From IMG/VR virus record IMGVR_UViG_3300036985_004610, positions 1 to 31,240 of that record: a stretch of DNA of 31,240 nucleotides, one strand, 5' to 3'. This stretch comes from a virus (taxonomy: Duplodnaviria; Caudoviricetes). The notes under the pieces were generated by a model that saw only the letters and a list, made by a program, of their open reading frames with translations, ran no database searches and had not been told where the DNA came from. Within the stretch, counting starts at the first letter, position 1. Every line of letters begins with the position of its first letter. Made by a program: the position numbers and the translations under genes. Of this stretch, positions 8,429-17,100 are shown piece after piece.

Positions 8429-8989
8429 ACGTGTGCTCCAGCCCTTATACCAATCGCAATCGGCGCAGGCGTCGGCCTAATGCAAGGCATGGGCAAAAAG
8501 GCCGAGGCCAATGCTCAGGCCGACCAGTTGCGCCAGAACGCGCTATTTCTGCGCCAGTCTGCCGCCGACGCAGAGTCTCGCGGCCGGCACGAGGCCGACT
8601 GGCAGCGCAATGAGACTCAGCAGCTAATCGGAACCCAGCGCACGACACAGGCAGCATCGGGCGGCGTGGTTGACGAAGGAAGCAACGCACTGATACAGCA
8701 GGACACTGCGCAGCTTGGCGAGCTTGACGCCCTAACGATCAGCAACAACGCAGCCCGCGAGGCATACGGCTACAACGTCGAGGCGACCAGCAACATTAAA
8801 AACTCCATAAAGGCAAAAGCCGCAGGGAAAAATGCGGTTATCTCGTCCGTAGTTGGTGGCGCGCTCGGTGGCATGGGTGGTGGTGGCGGTGGCATGGGTG
8901 GCTTATTTGGTGGCGGCGCTGGCGCTGGCACAAAATCAGCGCTCGCAACTAACACTACGCGGCTAAACAGCAATCAAGGTTACGCATAA
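8429..8989 (+). CDS. T7 gp14-like internal virion (ejection) protein; apparent ACG start
   Basis: The ORF track begins at ATG 8480, but the frame extends upstream to ACG 8429, giving (M)CAPALIPIAIGAGVGLMQG, with AAGGA RBS at 8416-8420 and an in-frame TGA at 8423. Contains 'G.QR..QAASG..VD.GS' and 'DALTI..NAAREA.GY' motifs and a Gly-rich tail. Confidence 0.8.
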   Translation, partial: TCAPALIPIAIGAGVGLMQGMGKKAEANAQADQLRQNALFLRQSAADAESRGRHEADWQRNETQQLIGTQRTTQAASGGVVDEGSNALIQQDTAQLGELDALTISNNAAREAYGYNVEATSNIKNSIKAKAAGKNAVISSVVGGALGGMGGGGGGMGGLFGGGAGAGTKSALATNTTRLNSNQGYA

Positions 8990-8999
8990 GGGGTCAAAC

Positions 9000-11117
9000 A
9001 TGGCTGTCCAGATTCCAACGCTTACAGGCCCACAGGTTCGCAGCCGCGCAATTGGCACGCCGCAGATACAGGTAGCTCCAGAGTCGAACCTGCTCTCGGA
9101 TATAGCCGCGCCGCTTGGCAATGCAGCACAACGCATATTCCAGAAGTCGCAAGATGATGCAGACACAACAGCGCTGATCGAGGCAGAGTCAAAGCTAAGC
9201 AACTGGAAGCTAAACACGATGTTTGCGCCAGAGGGCGGCGTTTACAGTACTAAAGGCAAGAACGCACTAGACATTACCAATCAGACCATTCCAAAGTTTG
9301 ACGCCGAGGCCGACGCCATTGGTAACACGCTTACCAGTGAGCGCCAGCGCGCACGATGGGCACAGATCACGTCAAATCAGCGCACCAGCCTTAACTCAGA
9401 ACTCAACCGTTACGAGTTCGGCGAGCGTCAGACTTACTACGACCAAACTGATATGGCATCGCTGGCATCGGCGCAGGCCGGCGCGACCGCCTACTATAAT
9501 GACCCCGGACAAGTCGCCTACTACCAGAACAAAGCAACTGCCGTGATTGCCTCGCAGGGCCAGCGCAAAGGACTGCCGCCAGAGGCTATCGCGCTCGAAG
9601 TGCAAAAGTTCAACAGCAGCACCGCAACCACCGTTATAAACCGCATGATGCTGGACGACCCGACCAAGGCTGCCGAGTATTTTGCAGGCGCTCGCGGCTA
9701 CATGACGCCAGAAGATCAATTTAAAGTTTCCGAAGCCCTGCAGCCGTCACTAAGCAAGCAGTACGCCAGCGACCTTTTCACCGCGGTGCGCAACGGCAAG
9801 ACCGGCGCGGCAATGTACTGGGGCGCACAAGTTCAGGCTGAATCGAGCGGGCAGCAATTCGATGCAGCAGGTAAGCCGCTAACATCCAGCGCTGGCGCCA
9901 TTGGTATCGCGCAGATCATGCCCGAGACTGGACCGGAGGCCGCAAAGCTGGCCGGCATGGAGTGGGACGAGGAACGATTTAAGAGCGATCCCGAGTACAA
10001 CGCCGAGCTTGGCAAGGCTTACAGCAACATGCTGTTCAAGCGATACAACAACGACCCCGTGCTGGCCCTGTCCGCCTACAACGCAGGCATGGGCAACGTA
10101 GACAACGCCATCGCCAAAGCAGGTGATCCGCGTAAAACTGGCGACTACAACGCCTTTATCAATGCGTTGCCAAAGCCAGAGGAAACCGGCCCCTACGTTG
10201 AGAAAATAATCGCCAAGAGCCAGCCAACCAAGTCGGAGGAATACGCGCAGCTATTGGAAATTGGCCAGAGCATTCCCGACCAGACGACGCGCAAGTATTA
10301 CGAAGCGGACGTACAGGACTGGAAGCGCGCACAGGACGCCGCCAGTGTTGCGCGCTTTGACGAGGCGTCTAGCATTGTCGCAGAACAAGGCATGGCCCGA
10401 GTGCCGCCTCAGATACTGGTAGGGCTGCCGGCTGACGAGATCAAGAAACTTGAGGAACAAGACCGCCGTCGGCGCGAAGGCGTTGAACCTGTCACGAATT
10501 ACAAAAAACTGGAAGAATTCCAGCGCATGCCATCGGCGCAACTTGCCGCGCTATCGCTTGAGCGTGACATTCGACCCCATCTGGACAACACGGATTTTGG
10601 CTCTGTTAAGTCGATGTTCAACAGCGCATTGAAGGGTGACGAAACCACACAGAAAGCCATCACCGCCGAAAACAACGCCGTAAAATCGGTAATGAACCTG
10701 GCCGGCGTGAAGTTTGGCACATCAGCCGACGCCCAGTCACCCGCCAACATGCAGAAGCGCGCCCAGTTCGATCAGGCCTACAAGCAACTGCGCGCGGCAT
10801 TCGTGCAGAAGAACGGCACCGACCCAACCCCTGACGAGGCGCAGAAGATCGCCGAGCAGTTGCTGGTCGAGGTTCGCCTGGCCAAGACAGGATTGTTTAG
10901 CGACAACCTAGTTCCGGCATGGATGGTCAAGCCAGAGCAGAAGTCGAGCGCATACATCCGCCCAAGCGATATTGATCTTGACGAGCTAAGTCCGAACGAA
11001 CGACAAGCCGCTTTTGATAGACTGCAGCAAGACGGCTTGCCGGTCACTGACGACACCATGACCGAGGCCTACCTGCAAATTCTGAAGGCCCGCGGCCTGG
11101 AGATTAACCGCAAATGA
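9000..11117 (+). CDS. Internal virion/ejection protein with soluble lytic transglycosylase (SLT) domain
   Basis: 705 aa. SLT motifs AES (Glu codon 9840), 'S.AGAIGIAQIMP.T' and 'ALSAYNAG.GNV' (10074-10088) within a helical protein. Confidence 0.88.
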   Translation: MAVQIPTLTGPQVRSRAIGTPQIQVAPESNLLSDIAAPLGNAAQRIFQKSQDDADTTALIEAESKLSNWKLNTMFAPEGGVYSTKGKNALDITNQTIPKFDAEADAIGNTLTSERQRARWAQITSNQRTSLNSELNRYEFGERQTYYDQTDMASLASAQAGATAYYNDPGQVAYYQNKATAVIASQGQRKGLPPEAIALEVQKFNSSTATTVINRMMLDDPTKAAEYFAGARGYMTPEDQFKVSEALQPSLSKQYASDLFTAVRNGKTGAAMYWGAQVQAESSGQQFDAAGKPLTSSAGAIGIAQIMPETGPEAAKLAGMEWDEERFKSDPEYNAELGKAYSNMLFKRYNNDPVLALSAYNAGMGNVDNAIAKAGDPRKTGDYNAFINALPKPEETGPYVEKIIAKSQPTKSEEYAQLLEIGQSIPDQTTRKYYEADVQDWKRAQDAASVARFDEASSIVAEQGMARVPPQILVGLPADEIKKLEEQDRRRREGVEPVTNYKKLEEFQRMPSAQLAALSLERDIRPHLDNTDFGSVKSMFNSALKGDETTQKAITAENNAVKSVMNLAGVKFGTSADAQSPANMQKRAQFDQAYKQLRAAFVQKNGTDPTPDEAQKIAEQLLVEVRLAKTGLFSDNLVPAWMVKPEQKSSAYIRPSDIDLDELSPNERQAAFDRLQQDGLPVTDDTMTEAYLQILKARGLEINRK

Positions 11118-14100
11118 AAATCGACCTCCCCGCTGAAGTGAATGCCGAGATCCAGACGAACCTAAAAGCGCAAGACGCCGCCGAGATCCAGGCAGAAATT
11201 GACAGCCAGCGGCAGGTCAACTTTAAAAGTTCGATGACCGTGGCCGCCGGGTTTGAGCCGGCGCGCTACGCCGAGGCCGTACAGCTTGAGCGAGCCAGTG
11301 GCGTGCCGGCAAAGGTCGCGTATGACAATTGGGACAAGGTTCAGCAGGTCAAGCAAGAGGACAAACTGGCAGGCTTGTTCGCCACCGCCCCGCGCACCGC
11401 CGGCGCACTCAGCGACCCGCAAAACGCCATCATCGCCAAGGGTGACGAGGACAATTTGCAGTACATGGAGCGCGCTGTAGAGCGCGCCACCTTCGAGCAG
11501 AATGTTAGTTTTTGGGATGCCACCTTTGAGAAGTGGTCCAAGCGTACCGACGTAAGCAAGGACGTCGGCCGCCAGCGCCAGCTTGACCGTATCACTGCGG
11601 ACTTTGATCGAGTCGAGGCCGGCGAAGAATTTAGCTCCCCGTTTGCCAATGACTATCGCGCAGCAGACCCGGCCGCCCGCAAGGTCATGCGCGACAACCT
11701 GTCGCTGCAAAAGAACTTATCCACAGAGAAGGCGCGCACGGCCAGCCTAGGTTTAAGCGAGTTGCCTGTCGATCCGGGTGATGTTGCATTCGAGCAGGCC
11801 GAAGGCGTGACCGGCGTGGCCAGCACGATCATCGAAGAACCAATATGGGCAGCGCGCAAGATAGGCGAAAGCCTGCCCGACATGGCTCAAGGCCTTGTGC
11901 TCGGCATGATTAACCCGATATTCGGCGGCCTGTCCGAAGGCGTCACAGCATCCAACTACAAGCTGACCGAGCTACTGCAAGAGCGCGGCATTGACTCAAG
12001 CGACCCGGTCCAGATGATGCGGGCGATGCGTGATGATGAGTTGATGGGCGAAGCTAACGCCCGCGCCGCCCGCTATGGTGCCGGCATCGGTATTGTGTCG
12101 ACCCTTTCGTTTGGCTTGCTGGGCAAGGTCATGGCGCCGACTGCCATCGGCGGCAAGGCATTGACCGCCGGCCAGCGCGAACTGATCAGTGCAGGCGTGC
12201 AGATGCCAGTGCAGGGCGCTCTGGAGGCTGCAGGCGAAGCCACTGGCCAGCTTGCTGAGCGCGGCCGCGCCAGCGACCTCGACAGCAAAGAGATCGCACT
12301 AGAGGGGTTCTTGGGCGCGCTGATGGCAGTGCCAGAGGCCGGCGGCTTTGCCGGTAAGCGCTTTATGCAGCACATGGCCCAGGCCCGCCGCACCGAGCGC
12401 GCCGCCACGCTGCAGACGGATCTGGTCGGCAAGTCTTTGGAATCGAGCACCCGCAAGAACGACCCGGCAACCTTTGACGCCATAGTCAGCGCTCAACTGG
12501 CTGGCAAGCCAAACGAGTGGCTTGAGATCCCTGCCGCAAAGCTGCAGGAGCTTAACCAATCCGGCCAGGTAAACGTGCCCGAGCTGCTGGAGCAGATCAA
12601 CGTCGACCCGAACCATTACGCCGCACAGGTTGAACTCGGCGGCACCGTGCGCATGAAAAACAGCAGTTACCTGGCCTATCTGGCCGAGTACGACGAACAG
12701 CTCAGCAGCAGCGTGCGGTTTTCCACCAACGACATGAGCCTGGAAGAAGTGCAGGCCATCGACAAGCAAATGCTCGCCGACATGGAGCAGGTGGCGCAGA
12801 ACTTCGGCAAGACCGATCAGGTGGCCGCGGCCTATTCCGACGTGATGGGCCAGTTGCTTGGAGCCGGCTACGAGCGCAGCGCTGCCGATACCACCGCCCG
12901 CCAATATTCCGCAGTGATGACGCGCCTGGCCGAGCAGACCGGCCAGACCGTCGAGGACGTGATGGCCGCCAACCCGCTGAACATCGGCCGTGATCTTCCA
13001 CCGACCGTGCGCCGGATCAAGGGCGACGAGATCAGCCTGATGCTTGGCCGCTTGCGTGCCGGCGATGTGCCGCGCCCGGCCGATATGTTCGGCAAGTCGC
13101 TGACCGAGTACCTGACCGCATCCGGTGGGCTGGATGATACCGGCGGCGAGCTGGCTGCATTCGATGCTGACGTGGGCAAGGTCGGCCGCAACCGCTTGGC
13201 CCGTGCCGGCGGCAAGTCGCTTGATGATGCCGCGATGGCGGCGTGGGAGCGCGGCTACTTCCCAGGCATGGCACGCGAGGACGTGACGCCTAACATGCTG
13301 ATCGATGCCCTGCGCGAAGAGGCAGCCGGCACGCCACGATTCAGCGTCGAGCAGGAGAACGCCGCCCTACGCGACCAGGCGGCCAACCTTGATGCGCTGC
13401 AGGCATATCTGGACGAGCAAGGAATTGATCTGGAAACTGCCACCGACGAGGAAGTGCTGGCGCTGCTACGGCCAGGCCAGCCGACCGACACCAGCCTGGA
13501 GCAGTTCGCTGGGCCTACCGCCTGGAGTGCAGACGTTCCAGCGCTTGAAGAAGCGCAGGCACGCATTGCAGCAGGCGATAACTCCGAGCAAGTACGCCAG
13601 GCGACAGGCTGGTTTATTGGCGTGGATGGTCGCTGGCGCTTCGAGATTGACGACAGCGATGCACGATTCAGAGGCTACGACGCGGAAACCGACACCGAAG
13701 AAGTGACCACCACCAATCCAGAGGCCTTTATGGACTGGATCGAGGAAGCCACGGCCAGAGAAAAAGGAATCCCTCTTTCCCAGGCGCTGCACCATCCTGC
13801 GCTGTTTGCAGCATATCCAGAGCTTGCCGGCGTTCGCCTTAAAGTAGACCCGACCCGTACTGCCGGCGGCTACTTTGCAAGCATGCCAGGCCGCGGCCTG
13901 TCTGGCTCCATCATCGTTATAGGCGACCCATACGGCTATTCATCCGAAGTGGTCAAACCTATTGACGTGCTGATGCACGAAGTACAACACGCCATCCAGA
14001 TGCGCGAAGGCTTTGCGCCAGGTGGATCGCCCGACATCCTGCGCGCCGAGAAGGACCAGGCAAAGGCAGACTTGAAGTATTGGGGCTCAGTTTCAGCACT

Positions 14101-17100
14101 TCGCCGCCAGGCTGACGCATACGACGGCGACTATGCCCGCGCCCGCCAGGAACTAGAGGACATTTTTGAAGAGGAATACACCGATCAGCAGGTGCTCGAA
14201 GCGCAACAGGCAGAAAGCGCTGAAGCGCTTGCAAACCGAGCAGAAGCCGCTGAGCAGGTAATGCGCGAGATTGGAAACCCAGTGTCGACATACAACCGAC
14301 TTGCTGGAGAGATCGAGGCCCGCAACACAGAGGCGCGCCGCGAAATGACCGCAGCGGAGCGACTGGTTGCCTCACCAGAGCAAACTGCAGACATCCCTGC
14401 AGACCGTGCCGTGATCCGTTGGAACGGCACCGAAATGATATCGCCAGCCGTCAACGCCCAGGCGGGCGGCCAGACAACGCTCAACCAGGCAGCCAACCCA
14501 GAGCTGGCCCGCGCCATGGCCATGAGCGAGGATGAATACATTGCGGCCGTGAACCCGGAGAACAAGCGCAGCGACGAGGCAGATATTGTGATCGTCCGCA
14601 CTGGCGACCTCGACATGCCGCGCGATGCACGACCAGCAGCAGGCTTCAAGGACAAAACCGGCGCCGACGTGCAGGTATTTGTCGACGGAAACGGCAGCAT
14701 TTACGCGCAGCAAGATGGCGAAGTCATTGGCCAGATCGAGAACCGCGACGGCGAAACACTGAATATTGTGACCGTCGAGGCGCAAGGCAAGGGCATCGGG
14801 CAAGGCTTGGCCGCTGAGCTTATCCGACGCCAGCCATTCGCCCCGGCTGGCAGCTTCTCGCCAGCAGGCGAAGCCACCCGCCGCGCAGCATTCCGCCAGG
14901 TAAAGGCAGAGCAGCGCACGACGCTGAACCAGTCGCAGCTTGGTGCAGCGCAGACCGAAACCGAGGCGTTCAAGAAGTGGTTTGGCGATAGCAAGGTCGT
15001 GGACGCCGATGGTAAGCCGCTGGTGGTTTATCACGGCACAGACCAGTCCTTCGATTCGTTTGCCAGTGAAAAGCTGGGCGCTGCCACCGGAGCGCAGAGT
15101 GCCGGGCAAGGGTTTTTCTTCGTGGCGCGGCCGGACGTTGCTGTAAGTTATGCGAACTATGCAGCGCTGGATGCACCTGTGCGGCGCGAGCTTGCCATGT
15201 CAGATAAGGCCGAGGCCGCTGGTGATTGGGATGCCTACGATGCGGCCATTGCTAGCGCTGAGGAGCTGGAGTCTGAAATAGGCCAAGAGGCTCGCCGTGG
15301 TCAAAATGTAATCCCGGTTTATTTATCCATTAAAAACCCTGCGGTTATGGATGCGGGAGGCGAGCTATTCACTAGCCTGCAGGATGAAATAAACGCCTTT
15401 ATTAAGAAGGCCAAGCGTGCTGGCAATGACGGCGTGATAATTAATAATCTTGATGACGACCCGCGTTTTTCTGACCGTGTTGGCGATCATTATATTACCT
15501 TCAAGCCTGAGCAAATTAAGAGCGCAGTAGGCAACAGCGGCACGTTCGACCCTGCCAGCGCAAACATTCTGGAGCAAGCCGGCGAAGAAGATGCGCGCGG
15601 ATCGATTACCTTTGGCCCGCGCCAAGACGGCGTGCGCCGCTTCGACATCAAGCTGGGCAAGAAGTCTGACCTGTCCACCGTGCTGCACGAAATGGGGCAC
15701 TACTACCTTGAAGTTATCGGCGATCTGGTGCATGGCGGCAAGGCCAACGAAACACTGGCTGCCGACTACGGCGTGATCCGTGACTGGCTGGGTGCCGAGG
15801 CAGACAAGCCGCTGACCGTCGACCAGCACGAACAGTTCGCCAGAGGCTTCGAGAAGTACCTGGCCACCGGAAAAGCCCCAAGCATCGAGCTTCAAGACGC
15901 CTTTGCGCGCTTCAAGCGCTGGCTTGTGGGTGTTTACAAGGATCTGGCCCGCCTTAATGTTGAGCTTAGCCCGCAAGTGCGCGGCGTATTTGACCGCTTA
16001 CTGGCCAGCGAGCAGGCAATCACCGAGGCCGAGCAGGCGCTTGCACTGACTGAGCAGTACGAGGCCCGCATCACCGAACTGATGAACCCGGACGAGAAGG
16101 CCAACTATTTGCGCGCCAGCCGCCAGGCCCGCGAGGATGCCACCAGCGAGATCGAACAGGAGATTCTAAAGGCCGAAAAGCAGAAGGATCAGGCTTGGTA
16201 CAAGGAGCAGCGCCGCAAGGTCGAGAAGGAAGTCCGCGACGAACTGGAAGCAAGCCAGCCATATCAGGCCCGCAAGTACCTGTTTGGCAACACGCCACAC
16301 CCTGACATCGGCCGCGTCCTGCGCCTAGACACTGCCGCCGTCACCGAGCTATTTGGCACCAAGAGCAAGGAGGCCCGTTTTCTTGGTCGTGCCAGGGCAC
16401 GGGAGAATGGCGTACACCCGGAAATCGCCGCCAGCATCCTAGGTTATCCGAACCCGGTTGAAATGCTGACCGATATGCGCGCCGTGCCGAGCCTGGCCGA
16501 AGCCGTCAAGCTGGAAACAGAGCGCCGCATGGCCGAGCGTTATCCAGATCCGCGCAAGGATGGCACCCTGGCAGACAAGGCCATGGCTGCAGTTGGCGAG
16601 CGCGAGGCAGAAGTGCAGGCCATCCAGTTGCGCACCCTGGCCCGCCAGGCAGGCCGAGCACCGTCGCAGCACAAGATCATCAAGGAAGCCGCGCGCCGGC
16701 ACATTGCCAGCCTGAAGCTGCGCGACGTGATCCCGCACGCATTCCGCCGCGCCAGCGAGAAGGCCGCCCGCGCCGTCGAGGACGCATTGATCAAGGGCGA
16801 CATGCCCAAGGCCTACGAGGAAAAGGAAAAGCAGCTCATGAACCTGCACCTTTTCCGCGAAGCCGTGAAGGCGCAAGACCTGTCGATTCAGAAGCGCGCC
16901 CAGGCCAAGGCCTACACCAAGGCGGGGGCCAAGCGTAAGCGCCTGCAGGACGCCAGCGTCGAGAATTACGAACTGGCCTACCCTGACGGCCGCATCGAGT
17001 ACGCGGCCACCAAAACAGCGGCCAAGCAGGCCGAGGCCGAAGGCGCCACCGTCACGCCGCTGTTCAATTTCCTTGAGCAAGTCGACGCCATCCTGACCCG

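Noticed and set aside
8407-8613. 68-aa ORF containing GTG-TGC (VCSSP) as an alternative gp14 start, or a frameshift
   Set aside because: Arg-rich, protein-unlike translation. The family-like N-terminus is already in the 8429 frame, so no frameshift is needed.
8854-8929. GGT/GGC repeats
   Set aside because: They simply encode the Gly-rich tail of the gp14-like protein.
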